From Marsupella aquatica (lineage: Eukaryota; Plantae; Marchantiophyta), in NCBI GenBank assembly GCA_973895155.1, contig OZ316894.1, positions 10,695,874 through 10,759,873 on the forward strand: 64,000 nt of DNA. Reading direction: 5' to 3'. Shown here one piece after another: positions 11,601 through 26,233 of the stretch. The first letter of the stretch is position 1; every line of letters begins with the position of its first letter. The position numbers were made by a program, and so were the translations under genes. The notes under the pieces are model-generated. The model was not told where the DNA came from. It did not search any database and saw only the letters and a list, made by a program, of their open reading frames with translations.

Positions 11601-14600
11601 ATGTTCTAACACATAACTCCGGGTTGGAGGCCGTTGGCTTTCTCTCATTACTTCTTCCAACCAAGTTGGACAAGTTCTCAGATACAGACCGGAGTTTTCT
11701 ATCCAGGTTGTCCCTTTATCCTTGTTTGCTTTCTGATGTAGACGGCAATATCTGGAGAGAATCGAGAAGTGTCCGGTGATTGGATGTTGATACTTTGCAG
11801 GACTTCATGTAGACAACATTTGTAAGGCGACTGTGTTTTTGGCCACATAAGCCACTTATTTGGAGGATGTTTGTCTAACAATCCTCGGCCAGGAATAAGA
11901 TGTTGTTTTGCAGCAAAACTTGTGACAAGTAGAGTTTATCCATGCGGTTAGTGGTAGTTGTATGTTGATCTAGCCGTAGAGTGTCGCAGTTGACGGGCTA
12001 GTTTCTTGTTTGAGCAGTTTCTGAGTAGTAACGAATCCGAACAAAAGAGGTCAGGCATTATAGTTTCACTAATCACGTGTGATTCTTGTCTATGGCAGCA
12101 AATGGTTCGAGGAGTGCCTTCAACTCTGGGCTGCACTCCCGAATTCTCACTATTGGGATCGTCAGTGGGGCTCATTACTGAGCCGATATACGAAGCATTG
12201 CTCAACTGACTTGGATCCGTACCTTCCAACACTGTTTACACATTATCTGAGATCGTTCGAGGTAAACATTCAAGGCCAGCAACAAGCCACTAGTTTTTGT
12301 GACCAATTTCTAGGATTTCATGATCGAGATGCTTGCTTCTAGCGCAATGTGTGCTTGTTTGGTTAGGTTGGGCCTGTAGTCAATCAGGTTTCCATCATCA
12401 AATTTTTATAGTCCAAATGATGCTCTACATAACTAAGTAAAGGCCAGGTTTGTTAACATGTTCAGTGATATCCCCATGTTGTAGCAAGCACTATGGTGAC
12501 TCTTGATTGCGCATCCAATCCAATATGATGATGGCAGGTACCAGTAGGCAAGTCTGGCATTTCATCTCCAATTCGGATGGATGTTTCTCGAGAAATTGTG
12601 ATGGCCTTCAATGGAGGAGGCTGGACGGTCTCAGTTTCCAAGTATTTTGCCAAAGCTATTGTGAGAATTCCTTGTACTTTGATTCGAAGTTCCCTTTTAT
12701 TCACCTTCTCCGCATCTTTCGCTGTCTTGGAACTAGCTAGGAGTGCTTTTCTGCTTTTCTGCTTGCTCTGGCGTTTTCATCACTTTTTGTTATCGTTATA
12801 TGAATTCTGAAGCTAGTAAACTCAACAAAATATTTCTGGTTGCAGGTTTACATGCTCAAACCAGGAGGCAAGGCAGAAAGTCATCTGCGCAACCTAATTG
12901 ATTTACTTGAACAGTTGAGTTGCTGATTTAGTGGTGTGCCAGCCCACACGTAAAGCTTCTTTTTGTTAGATATCTTTATCTGTGTTTGTTTGTTACAGCT
13001 CCAGCAGTCTTTTCTTGTTGTGTTCTCTGTCACTTTCTAGTTATCTGATTTTCAGACAACATTAGATGATGCCTTGCAATTGAACAGAGCAGTCGTTGAT
13101 GTGTTGGAGTGTACTTAACGGCCACTGTGCTAAGTGGCTGTGGTATGATTTGCGGTCTAACCAACTTTTGAAACTGGCATTGGCCACGCAGGTATTATCA
13201 TCCATCTAACGGGGGTTCATGGACAAGCTCTCTTGAGAGGTTTCTCCGCTATTTAGTGATGTACTTTCAAAAGCGTCTCTCTTATGAGCAAAGGTAGGGC
13301 AGCTAGCTGCTGGCTTTTAAAACTGGCTTTTAAATATGTGCACATGCGAAAGAAAGACCAGAATTTTGTTAGCCTTCTCAGGGGTACCGGTAAAGGTAGT
13401 TTGACGTTGTTTTATCCCACTATGGCTTGGAATTTTTAAGCACTTTTTAAGAGTTTGTGTTGTGGATGTACTGGTAATTGAATATGTTGTCTTTTCCTTT
13501 TCCAGTGATTTACCCTGTTCTCTGTGACATTGTTGAAAGTTCTGTTTCACCCGTACCAACCAGAAGTGCCTGCTTTTTAAAGTTCGCTGCATTAGTGTGA
13601 GGGATATCTTTAGTTTGATGAAGTTTCAGGCGAAAGTTTCACTTAAGCCTTGAATATGTGAATGTAACTGAATGATTCTGACCCGTGTACACTGCAGGGT
13701 GGGCAAGTATCTATTGTGAATTTTGTCAGTATCAAGACTGTTCTAGAATAATTTTCTCATTAACACAACAGAGGATCTGTGCAGAACGCGGTCGTCTGCA
13801 GGAGCTAAGGCTGATGCGAATTTCCTGGGATCCGCAGAACGAAGTTCTTTTGTGAATGCACTCTTGCCCTTGGTTGAAAGGGGCCAGTACAGCAAAGATG
13901 GATATTTGGCTGGAACTGCAGCTAGAACAGCGTCCATGTTGTCATTTGTGGAGCCATCACTGGTGCTTCCTTTCATTACTGCTCGGTTCCACACTGCGCT
14001 GAATACAGTAAGTCTCTGTTACGTGTTGTTCAATAGATTTCATACAGTCCAAAGTTTTTGGCTGTTTCCTAGCTTCCCGTTGCTGATAATTAGTTTCTGT
14101 TTTCTGCTCATTAAGAGCACATGTAATAGCCTCAGCAGAACTTTCCCTATATCATCTGTGGAGCAGGGTAGGATATCATTTTCTTTGATACGCAACTGTC
14201 TAATCAACGACACACTGAATCTCAACTATGATATAGATATAAATTCCCTCCAAAGAGTCTCAGGCCCGGATAGGACTTCGAGATGCATTTCCTAGTTACT
14301 CAACTTGCAATTTTTTCTCCGATACTGGTTATGCTAAGATTCTCCGTTTCCTCGTCGTCGAGGTGCAATGTAGGGACAGTAAGTCCTGGGCTTGGGATTA
14401 CACTTTCAATACATCCGCACGTACTAGATTACGGATCTGCTGAGGTCTTAGTGATTCCTTAAGTGTCAATGTGGATACCATGTAGATATCTGCTCGTACT
14501 AAGGATTTAAAGGCAAGATCGGAAGAAACTGGCCAGGTTCAAAGTAGTGTTAGCTAATGGAGAAATTCAATAATCAAACCTCGTCATGTTGGTAAGGAGC

Positions 14601-17600
14601 CATAGAGTTGAACCTAGGATGGAGTTGTTTGGTCTGCGAATCAATATATAGCTTGTGCAAATTGAATGGGACTGGCTAAAAAAGTACAAGGACCCCATTA
14701 TGAGGTGCAATGTTTCAGAGGGACAACGGAATGTCTTTCCTCTTATCAGTCAATGTCCTTCTCAAGCACGCTTGTATTTTCTGACTATGGAGTTTCCCAA
14801 TGCTTCACAGATAACGGCTACCCACCAACTGGAATCAGCAGTTACGACCTTGGCGCTAGCAGGTCAAGTCTATATACCACTTCGGTAGTCGCTGGGTAGA
14901 GACGCCGGGCTGCAATGGACCTGGGGTTCGGCTTTCATTGTACATTTCGTCGTCGTAATATCTTCTGTGCTAAATTATCTGATGTTTATAATGAATAGTG
15001 GAATGCAGCTCGGCCAGCGTTTCTTGCTTGTGCCAAAGAAGGGGTTTTCAAAAAGGAGGAGAACAACGGTTCAGGTTCTTCGGGGTATCTTGAGGAATTT
15101 ACAGAAACTTTGGTTGTTGCCATGTTCAACACTTTGTTGGGGATGGATGCCAATGACCCGCCTAAAACACTAGCAACAATGGAGCTTTTCTCCTCTATTC
15201 TTTGCAATGTAAGCTAGTTAGATCTTTCGATTGAATTTTGATTTGCAGGATGCAACAATGCAGTCAGAGTCCTGATGTTGTACCCCATCTTAATAGTCTA
15301 TTTGATGCACTTGAGATTGTAATTGTAGAAGCGACGATTGAAGGATGTTAATTTAAAGGAACTGATACATCTGCGATTGTTGCACCGTGGCTGGACTCCT
15401 GCAGGTGGGGATTGTTGGAGACTTAGCAGACGGTGGCAGTTTGGCATTGCCCATAGATTGGTCGCAATGGCTTGATGAATTTCTTTCTCGCCTGTTTATG
15501 CTCTTGGTACACTTGGAGCCCAGCAGCCAACAGTATGTTCTGACATTCACATGAAAGCTTACTAGCGCAAGCTACTTTAGTCCGATTTGATTGAATTGTC
15601 GTCTTAAAGCAGTATATGACATGATGGTTTTGAAAATTTTGGGAGCTGAGATCGTTAATAATATGGTTCCAGCCACGATTTGACAAAACAATGATTTGAA
15701 ACTTCTTTCTAGACGAAGTGTCATTCCAAAGGTCTCGATGCAGACGTAGTAAATTGTGAAATTGAAAACTAAATTGTTGTCTTAATGGTTGTAAATCTTG
15801 AAATTGTGATGAAATGGTTGTCCAGATGGTTGCAAATTTTAAATTGAGAATGAAATCGTTGTTGCAGGATTGATACTACTTTAGATGATGGTTATGACCT
15901 GTCTTCGAGTACATTTCTCTTACAAGCGGGATCGTTCTACAATTCTGTTATAGAGCTCTTATTCGGAAGGTTGACTAGACCTCTCTATCAGCAGGTGACT
16001 GACACCAATTCTGTTTAACGGAATTTCTCGAATGTCGAAGAGCACTGGGTTCTTCTCTTCAACTTCTGCTTATTGAGAAGTGACTGAATATTTTACGTGT
16101 TTGGTTCTCATCGCATAGCGGGTAAATTTGCTTGGACGTTGGTTGCAGGCTTTGAAAAAACTAGTAGAGTTTGTGCAAAACAATGCTCTCCCTGGAGCTG
16201 CACCAGAAATAGGGCTTCTCTGCTCTTTTGCAGTCCTCAGAGATCCGAGTGAAGCTACCAGCCAGCTGCTCAAGCCGATAATGAATTCTCTTGTATCGTC
16301 ACTTGGTGATTTCCCATCAACAGGTTTCGGTGGTTCCCAAGCAATCTCTGCTAGTTCTAAGGTCAATTACTTCAACTTCGGCTATGATATTCATCAAATA
16401 GTGCAATTTGAGAACTATTCCAATTTTTTTTATATGCTCTAAATTTACGGTGGCCCATTTTTATGTCAGGCAAGCCTATCTCAAGCAGTGGAGACTTCTG
16501 TCATATTCCAGCTCAATATATTATCAGCCTCAATCATGTTTGGTGGATCAGATCTTCTTCCCTTGAAAGACCTTCTCAATTCTGTCATCACTGCAGCCTT
16601 CAACGCCCCTTCCTCTAAGGTCTACATCATTCTTATATTTTGCAGAGGTGGCTGTAAAATTTTTGGCTCTCACATTTTCGTACTTCATAATTTCTTACTC
16701 AAGAGGTACCAGGGAAAGGCCTTGAAGTGTTCCCGTTGTTGATCATGTCTGATTCTCCCTGCTTATCCTGGACAGGTTACCGAAGCTGGAAATCGACTTC
16801 TGACTTCCTTACTTGGCAGTCTGATATTCTATTACCCGGTTGACCAATACAAGTAAGTATCCTTTCGGTACTTGTTGTGGGCGTTATACCTGTAATCTTT
16901 TTATCTACGTACATTTCTATTGCCCTCGTGTCATTTCTGTTCTTTGCCGCATTTGGGATCCGTGGACAAGAAAATTAATTTATTGGTTCTTTTGACCAAG
17001 AACATTATGAGATTTCTTCCCCGAAACAGAGATCATGTGAACATTGTTCTTCCTGCGACAAAAACTGGTGAAACAGAGGATGGTCATTCTTCGACCGTCA
17101 CCTCCGAGACCCCTAGAGTCGTTCTTTAAATAAAAACCAGCATCATTATCTTCCTAGAAGTAAGCATTACCATCCTGATGGACCACATGCTATCAACTTT
17201 GCAGACTAGCTGGCGCCCCAAATGGCCCAGCTCTGTTGGTCAGGCAGGTCCATTGTAAACAGGTAAATACGTTCGAATGAGAGCAACCCAATGAGCTGAA
17301 TGTGAGAGTTGGATTGCTTGGAATGTCAATTAAATCAGAAGCCATCTCATACGCAGTGGCTTATTCTGAGTAGATTTCAGAAACATTATGAAGACCCGCT
17401 GACCACCATAACTAGTTGGTGGACTGCAGAAGTTCTAAAACCTGTGTGATATCATTTTCACTGGTAGCTTGGGAAGTATGAACACGGTGCAATACCATCT
17501 TAGAAATTTCCTCTGAATGAGGTGATGCAGTAGCGCGGACGACGACACTTCTATTTGAGCTACTGATGTCGGTTCGTGCCATCAAAATTCGTATTGTCCC

Positions 17601-20600
17601 GTTTCTTCTTGTGGAAAATCTCTTCAGAGTAAACCTTCAAATTTTAGCCATCCAACTGAAATTCTTCCTTCTACCTATTACATGGGCGGTTTGAACTGTT
17701 TGGTAAGTCACCTTGGAAGTTTTTTTGTTTCCGTCGGTGAGTGACATTCGATTCCCTGCTGTTGTTCGTATGAATATCTTGAGACAAAGTTGATTGGAAC
17801 TCCCTATAATGGTTATCTGTGTTTGAACAAGATTATTGTATGAAACTTTTTGGCGTGTCTCTAGCGCCTGCTTCAATGCTCTCTGAAGCTTTTTAATTGA
17901 CGTGCTCAGTGACTTTCCCAATCCAAAATTGAATTTGATCGCGTAATGATCGATTTGAGCCCAAGCTGAAGCCATCCTACCGATCATTGAAAGTTACGTT
18001 ATGGAATCGTGGATTGCTGATAGAGTAACTACACTTCCTGAGGATGTTGTTACTTGTCAATCTTACGTTGAGGATTACTCGTTCTGCCAGTAATACCTCA
18101 AGTGTGAATCGTCCTTTCTAATCTAAACCCGTAGGCAGCAAGTTGAAGACAGTGTACACGTCTGAATAGAGAAATGTGCTAGTTTGAGTCTGTTATCGTT
18201 TGCCCACTGATCGTGGTGATTGCTTCTTAGCATTTTAACCAACAACCTCCAAAATTCTGAGCAGGGTAAACGCAACACTGGAAGATGGAGTGGAGGCATG
18301 GATTAGTACAAAGCTCTCGCCCAATGATGGCGATGCTCCAATTTGGCACATCCCCAATGCTGAAGAGATAGCTTATGCCAATGAGTTGCTAAACGAACAC
18401 CTTCGAGCTCCTCTTGCTAGTCTCCGGAGTATCTATCAAGATAACAATCAAGCAGAAGGTTCAGGTAGTGCAGTTCCTGACTTTGTATCTTAGTAGATGT
18501 TCAACGGTATTGACGATAAGTGGATCTGTCGGTGCCATGCAACTGCTTGAATAATCTTAGGGGGAATTCTCCCATGTCCAGAAGGTATCTTAACGAGTTA
18601 ACTTCATGCCATACATGTCAAGAGAGCAGGAAACCTTGCCACCATACTGAGGCAGTTGTGCCACGGTTGTTCCCTTGAATTACCGGCTTTAATCAGCCAG
18701 CACGGCACCAAAGAAAAATATCAGTGGGAGTGCGTGGTTCAGAAAGGAAAAGTGGACAGGAGGTCGTTATTCGTTTGTGCCATGTATGACAAATACGGAG
18801 GATTGGGGCCATTGTAGTTTTATTAACATGCTTTACTGCAGATATGCTTCTGGGAATGTCTTTCTGTGGTTGAATAAACGTTCTTCTTATAGAGAGGTTT
18901 TCTATTTCATAGTTGCTTCTTTGCCATTATGTTCTCGTGAAGCTTGTTAGTAATACCGCCTAAGCTGCTCATGTCTTTTCCGGCACTCGTGACGATCATT
19001 TCCTGATTTTGCACCTAGCTGGCTCTGAATGATCCGTGAAAGGTCCTTCTTTCCAAGGAAACCTTTATTGAGGGAGTTGTACAGCAAGCTGGACAAATAC
19101 TTACAAACATCCTAAAAATGCTTTGTTGATTCAGGCAAAGAGTTTCTGCGAGTTCTGTTACTGCGGCTAGATGCGTCCCTTCGTGGTGTGGGGTCCTGTC
19201 TGCCTGATTTTCGGATGCCTCCCGACTCGAGGTCGACTGACACGAATACCAAGCGGCCATTAACGGTAGTAGGGGCGTTTGGAGCTCGTGTGGGTGATAC
19301 CAAACTTAGGGAAGAGACAGCCGAGATTCTTCACGAAGCTTGCCAGTAAGGCTTAATTTGGATCTTTCTAGGCTGGACTTTGTGGCTTTGATCCTTTTCT
19401 GCGTCAGCTATGTTTTCCTGACTATTCAAGTGACTTTGTGATTTGGCTCATGGAGTACGACATACTAGAGAACAAGCACTTGAGAGGAAGTCATGTAAGA
19501 GATGAATTTGTGTCGCCTGTTCAAAATAAGATAGTCCTGTCTTGTCTAATGTGTTGGATGGCTGATGATAATGAGTTTTATATCAATGATCGTCTTGTAG
19601 GTATATTTTAAAGGAAAGAGCAGATGATACTGTAATGATTATGATGCTGATCCGTGTCATGGATCTGGTAGGAAACTGTGGTAAGGATCCGATCGTGACC
19701 TCTTGCTTTCCTTTTGGTATCTCACGATTTGTGTTTTAAGCCTTACTCTTGGAGACCAATGGCACGTCTGAAATCGTAATTTTTGATTGCCCATGTACAG
19801 CAACACTGGAGTACAGTTTCTGGGCCAATGGTAGCCATCTGAGAGGAGAAGAGGCAAAGTGCCTCACTGAGCCTAAAATGAACTTCATAACAAATCCTGA
19901 CGCCAAAAGTAAACGCAGGTAGGCGGTGGGTGTTTTATGTTCTGCGCTTTTCACTTGCGTAGGTTAGCGAAAGAAATTCGTGATCTCTATGTTGTACCTG
20001 TTCAGTTTCACATCTCTTTGCACAAGGATAGCTAACTACACCTGGGCAATCGTACTAGGAGGTTGTCTGCCCTCGTTTTGTATTTACCTCATACTTCTCT
20101 TGATAGCAATTTGTTCAGAGTATGGGTGCCGTGTTCATCAGCATGGCTTGTTGTGCTGCCAAAGGTATTGTCACAAAAACTTGTTTGCCTTGTGGATGCC
20201 CAGGCCTCGATGGTTGGTTGTAGACATGGTGTTTTTGCACAATGCATGGCGCTCTTCGCAGGAAAGCTATCGGCCAGTCTATTTGGGGGATGGGAGCACC
20301 CCTGTTCCCCATCATATTAGATTACTGACGATGGATCTCTTGAAACTGGGTTTGCACCGCTATGATGTTGTTCGCAAGTAAGCTTACTCTTCACATACTT
20401 TTGGTAGGCCCGTAAAGGAAGATGATTTGCTGTTGAAATTGGAAACATTGATTCCTCTGCAAGCTTGCCAGCTTATTGATGTGCTGGCAGATCTTAGAGC
20501 TCTGTTCCTGAAGTTTTTATTCTAATGAATATCCTTCAGGTAGCACTCAATTTGATGAATTTGGCAAGCAGTTGTTTACCATAAAATTTGTATATATCGA

Positions 20601-23600
20601 CCGTGAAGAGTTTGATTACTTGAAAGGCTTATAGTTGTTGGTGCCATAGCACCAAGCACTGTACCATTTTATCAAGGTACCTTTTGCACTTTTGTTTACA
20701 ATTGGAGTCTCTAATAATGTTGTTTGTCGGCAGATTTTCTATTAGTGCGCTTGGCAAGTCTTTGAAGCGCTTTCCTGCCTTGGTTAAAGAGTGTCTCCCT
20801 GTGCTGACTGGAAGCTTGGAAAGCCCAGAAGCTATTGAGGATTCAGCACTGGGTGCATGCAAAATTCTGATGTTGAGGCCTGTTTTGCGACTTTTAACGC
20901 AGGTTACTTCTACAGCCAATTAGGAACTATCATTCCCTGCCCTCTTTGAAAGCTTGGAGTATTTGTTTTTGGTCTTATGGAAATTTGGAAGTTTTCCTTT
21001 CTCTTGATTTTGCATTTCATGCACATAAAATGAAAACCCTGCAGGTGCACAGACTTGCAATTATGGTCATTATGAATAATTAGTCTCGTCGAATTTTCTT
21101 GGAATTGTTAGGCGCGATCTAATCCTTTTGTTGCTTGTGAATATGTAGGACCTGGGTGCTTTATCAACCTTCTTTCGCTCTCTTTTGAAGAGGTTTTCGC
21201 CTTCCCTTGGATTACGGCTCCTTCTGAACTTTGCTCTCATGTTATGCGCTGTACAATTGACCTGAATAGTGGGGTCCAGTTTTTTAGTTGATTTTAGTTG
21301 GGGTTATTTCGAAAGAGACCATCTGGTAATCAGTGATTTGTTGCTCCGCTTTCTAAACTGACGAGGAAGAGATTTGTGTTCTTTTTGTTCCCTGCAGTGC
21401 TCACCATGAATCAGTTAAAGCTCAGACTGCCATCAATGAGGTTTGTTCAACTGTATATCCCTTCTGAAGTGGCTTGTGTCATGACCTTAAAGAAATCGTC
21501 CAAGCCAGTTGCATAATGACAGATTTAAACGAATTTGCAAGCTCCGTTGTTACTTCCTATGTCATTTAAAGCTCACATGTTTCATAAATTATTCCGAGGA
21601 ACCATTGGTTTGGTTTGCTTCTCTTATGATCTTTGGTATGTTAGGTTTTAGTGTAGTTGGAACTTAGGCTTGTATGTCATTTCACTCGTAACAGTCCTGC
21701 TCCCGTGTGTGTTACCCAGCTCTTTGTGGTGTTTAGCGTGCGATTTGGAGGACTTCCAGCCTTCTCAAATTCGAAGTCGAACCCTGAATGTGCTTTATAT
21801 GCTGAGCTGGTTTCATACATTAAAGGACAGCTGTCAGATGGTGGTGTCAGCATTCATTGGCGGTAAGTTGAGCTATGTACGGCGATGCTTTTCTTGTATC
21901 CAATATCATTTGCAGTTCTCTGTGCTTTCCACGCGAGGTTTTAAATAATTTCTCTTTATTCGGATTAACGTTGAGACATTCGTGCCTGATCGTCCTGGAT
22001 GACAGATATAATTTGATGGCGAATGGAATGCTCTTATTGCTTTTGGTAGCACCATTTGGTGAGGATTCTTCAGAAATAAAGATTGTCTTGGAATCCCGAA
22101 AAATTGTAGCCTGTAAGTGCCTGACTCAAACATGTTCGTGTTGAAATTTGCAAATGCTCAGTCATTCATTTTGATCTCTCAGTTTTTATCTCCATACCAA
22201 CAGTATGCTTGGTCTCACCCAAATTTGACGATGTGGGTTCAAGTAAACTTTACTTGAGTGATGTATTGCACAGTCTGATATTTGATGTATTGAATGGTCT
22301 GATGGATAGGCTTTCTTGTCTTTGTTTGAATCAAGTTTGACTCATCGTATTTGTTATTTTCAGGGCAGTTTTTGTCCAACCTCAAAAGTGAACTTCCTGC
22401 ATTACGACCTTTGTCAATAATTGCCTTGCTATGTCTTCTGCGAGCATCCCTCCATAAGGTACCGGTGAGCACGAAATCTCCAGAGTCGCTGAAGGCCAAA
22501 GGGGAAGAAGCTACTCTCTCACTGGAGTCTACGTTAATTTCAGTGGTTGAGGAGCCGGGGTTTTGTGGTAGTGCTGTCCAGAATCTTGCTTTGGACCATC
22601 ATTATCCCGACGGGCAAGGAAGAGCTGGCAGATACGGAGCTAGAACTGCCCGTATATCAGACCTTGGTTTGACTGCCCTCATGCCACCTTTTACCAGAGA
22701 TTGGCCACGAACAAGGACTTGGGATTCAGGTTCAGTAGGGGAGGCGTTCGCGTCAAACAATGCGAAGCTCTTCAAACGTCTTGTTCAGGAATGTGGTGCA
22801 TTTTTGCTGGACGTATTGCGTGCTCCTTTTGAAGAAGCAGTAGACTCGGCCGAACGTGGAAAGCAATGCGTTGCTGCTGAGATCATGGCAGGCTTGTTAC
22901 ATTCAGATGTAGAATGCGTTGCTGACGCCTGGGGGCGCTGGCTTCGACCACTACTTCGGAAAGCTCTAATGGAGTCGACTGTGGAATCAGCTCCAGAGTG
23001 GGCTGCCTGTATTCGGTTTGCATGTACAGGGAAGGGTAGCAGGGGTGAGGATGTGCCACTGCTCCGTTTTGACGTTCTAGACTGTCTTTTAGAGCCAGTG
23101 GCACCAACAGCATCAACCAGCCTGGTCGCTAAACGTCTTATGCTGCTTCGGGCAGCTCTTATGGAGTTTGCCCCAGTGTCACATCCAAGTAAAGAGGGTT
23201 TAGTTCTTGCAACCCTTCTCAAGGAAGTGACAAGCAACATGACTCATCCAGCACCACAGGTGAGTTATTATTTACTCTCTTTTAAGGAAGTCTGAAATAA
23301 ACTGCGATTTGACTTGGAATGTACATCTAGAGGCTTTTTCCAATATTCACTTTAGTCTCTAGATCTGCAGATTGGTAGTCAGCGTTTTAGATCAAGACTT
23401 TTGTATCTTTTTATGGATTGCTAACAAAAACTTTCACACAGGTGCGGGAATATGTGGGAAGTCTCTTGTCCATTGTTTTGGGAATCCTTCAAGGTCAATC
23501 GCCGTTGAGCAAAGAAATGGCCAGCGAAAGCACCGATCAAAAAGAAGTACAGACTGTGGGTGGTACTGCTCAACAAACCATCATGAATTACCAGATCAAG

Positions 23601-26233
23601 GCATCGGTAATAGGGCAGGACCCATACGGGGGCAACGGTCAGAATGTCGGTGCGTCAACTAATGCGACAGGTCAGGGTCTGATACAAGCAGCGAACGAGA
23701 TTGATAGCATTGGTGCTGCTGCTAGTGGAGCATCAGCCAACAATGGAGGCAAACGGACAACATGGGCTGAGACTGCTACGGTAGGGCAATTTAAGAAGAC
23801 CTTGATCGAGGAGGCAAAAGTCTCTGCCCTCCGAATCCAGAGTTTAGGTGGTCCTGCCTTTGGAGGTTCAAGTTCAGCTGCAACTTCCAAGAGTGAAGAC
23901 TTGACTATATCCGAGAACCGAGATGCGAAGTGGATGGAAACGGTGAGCCCTGTCTTGCTGGAAGAAAGTTTTGTACGTCATTTTGCGTTAGACTCGTGCT
24001 CCGAGAAGTAGGCTGCGATGAGTCCCATTTTCGGATTATTTTGTGATTTTGGAGGGACAAACATGTTTAAACTTCGAAATTATTTGTCAATTATGTCTCA
24101 CGGTTCCAGCTTGTCTTTGGCTTCATGCAGGTCTTTCACTTTATAAAAGCCTCTATAAAATCAGGAAAAGCTGTTGACATGTCAGATACATTGATTGGAC
24201 TACTTCATCCACTTCTATCTTTACAGGTATCAACATTTTATCTCGGAGACGTGGTTATTCTTCTGATTTGAACTGATGTCTCAAGTTGACGACATGGAGC
24301 CCAGAGACTTCCGAGGGATTTAGCCTCTTGAATTCCCTGCCTGACTACTCACTTCTGCGTGCCGAATCACTGTTCCGATCTTTCTCAGGCATTCGCTTCT
24401 TGATAATGCCTTGCCCTCATTGAAGCTGTTTGTTTTTCTATAATGCGAAACAGTTAAGCACTGTATTAATTCTGATTTCCAATTCAATATTTTGTCATCA
24501 TGTGTATTTACAGGAAACTCCAGTGAAGGAGCTCTCGGGATTGGCCAAGTTAGCATTGAGGCTTGTCTATTGGCACCCATTTCCCATTTCATATCTTCCT
24601 AGTGCTGTTAGCGCAGTACTGGATGCTGCTGCTGATAACAACTGGCATACTCGAGTAGCAGCGCTGACTTTCATTCAGTCCTTTCTGTATCGGTAGTGCT
24701 CTATCCTCATTGTCCCATAGTGATAACAATCTATTTTTATGAGTTGTACTCTGACTGCACATTTCTTGCTCAACTCATTGACTGCTGGGCTCTTGCTTAT
24801 AAGTTTGTGTTCCAACTGGTGCAGGCATACCTTCATCCTGGCAAGGAGAGATGTAGAGGCACTATGGTCTCAAGTACAACAGCTGTTATCTGATCCTCAA
24901 GTTGAGGTACGGAATGTGAACCCTGCAATTGTTGAGATTGATGCCTATTAGCTGTTATCTGATCCTCGAGTTGAGGCGTGGAATGTGAACCCTGCGAGTG
25001 TTGAGATTGTAGCCTATTAGCTTTCTCAGTGGATATCGGAAGATCAACCGCTGGGCTTTTTCTCTGTGCAGGTAAGGGAGCTAGCAGCAACAACCCTTGC
25101 TGGTCTGATGAAGGATTCCGATAGCTCACTTGCAAGTGCATTCCGTGAGCAGGCCATGCACGGTGCTGGACTTTTACTCAATGCTGGCAAAAAGAAAAAG
25201 AGGTAGGCTATCGGTCAAATGAGGAGTTGAGTATACACAACGAGGAATTTGTGGTATTATTTTATAGCTAGCTAGTCGCTGGAAAACGAAATAAAACGAA
25301 AATCTCAGGGAAGTGAGTGAATAGTTCGCAGTTCTTTGGATTGAAGAATATACAATAAACTTGAGCATCAGCACGATACTAGTGATTCTCAAATACGTCT
25401 TCTAAGCCATTTACTGACCAAGTAGAACTGAATTAAAGTGTTAATCCTCTGATTTTGGAATTGGATGTATCTTCCGTTCAGGGCAAAGACAGTAGCAGAA
25501 CAACCTGCTTCTACTGCAACTGTCCATGGACAAGTGTTGGGACTTGCGGCCTGTGTCTTATCTGTACCGTATGACATGCCCAGGTACGTTCCTAAGTATT
25601 GCTTGTAGGCCACATGTGATTTGATATCATCTAATTTTCATTGAACTATCTGTCTCAGCGGAGCTTATATACGACTTTCCCTCGGTCAACCACATCCAGT
25701 GAAACTACATATTTCCTACCAGTTTATGTTTCCTGCACAACAGCGATTGACGGAACTAAAACCCTATCCTAATTTTTTTTCTGGTTATGGAATTGCAGTT
25801 GGCTGCCTGATATGGTTACGTTGCTCGGACGTTTCATTGGAGAGCCTACACCAATCCGAAGCACTGTGAAGAAAACAATTTCTGAGTTTCGCCGTACCCA
25901 TTCAGATACCTGGGCTTACCAGAAAAGTTCTTTCAGTGAAGAACAGCTGGAGGTAAGCTATGTTTTAATTTGGTATTGGTCCAATTGTGCAGATAGGACG
26001 GTATCTACATGGGCTTTTGAATGGTTGAAATTAGATCCAAGGAGGTGTGGCTTGAATGGCCTCATTGATTTGTGGAATCCTTGAGCTCACAGATATTTAT
26101 TGGGTCTGTGTTGTTTGATGTTTATGTCTGGAATCGGGTGCCAGCTCAGGGACCTACTCGCTGATCTTTCACAATGATGCTTTGGGTGCAGGTCTTGTCC
26201 GATTTAGCAACATCTGCATCCTATTTCGCATAA
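8700..26233 (+). CDS. PA200: Proteasome activator subunit 4 (PA200/Blm10/PSME4), ~36 exons
   Basis: N-terminus MHAYNAWLPPPV matches plant PA200. Exons are traceable with GT-AG junctions (e.g. 8700-8866, 10355-10457, 10669-10781, 11025-11148 ... 22364-23258, 23442-23942 ... 26192-26233). Conserved segments LLEQYYHPSNGG, GMDANDPPKT, AHHESVKAQ, WHTRVAALTF and SEFRRTHSDTW. C-terminal SASYFA* matches the proteasome-docking YYA/YFA end. Confidence 0.95.
11191..11217 (+). repeat. Short interstitial telomere-like array (TTAGGG/TTTAGGG x4) in a PA200 intron
   Basis: TTAGGGCTTAGGGTTTAGGGTTTAGGG. Confidence 0.8.
24881..25018 (+). repeat. 69-bp tandem duplication spanning a PA200 exon end and splice donor
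   Basis: AGCTGTTATCTGATCCTC(A/G)AGTTGAGG... repeated at 24881 and 24950. Confidence 0.9.
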
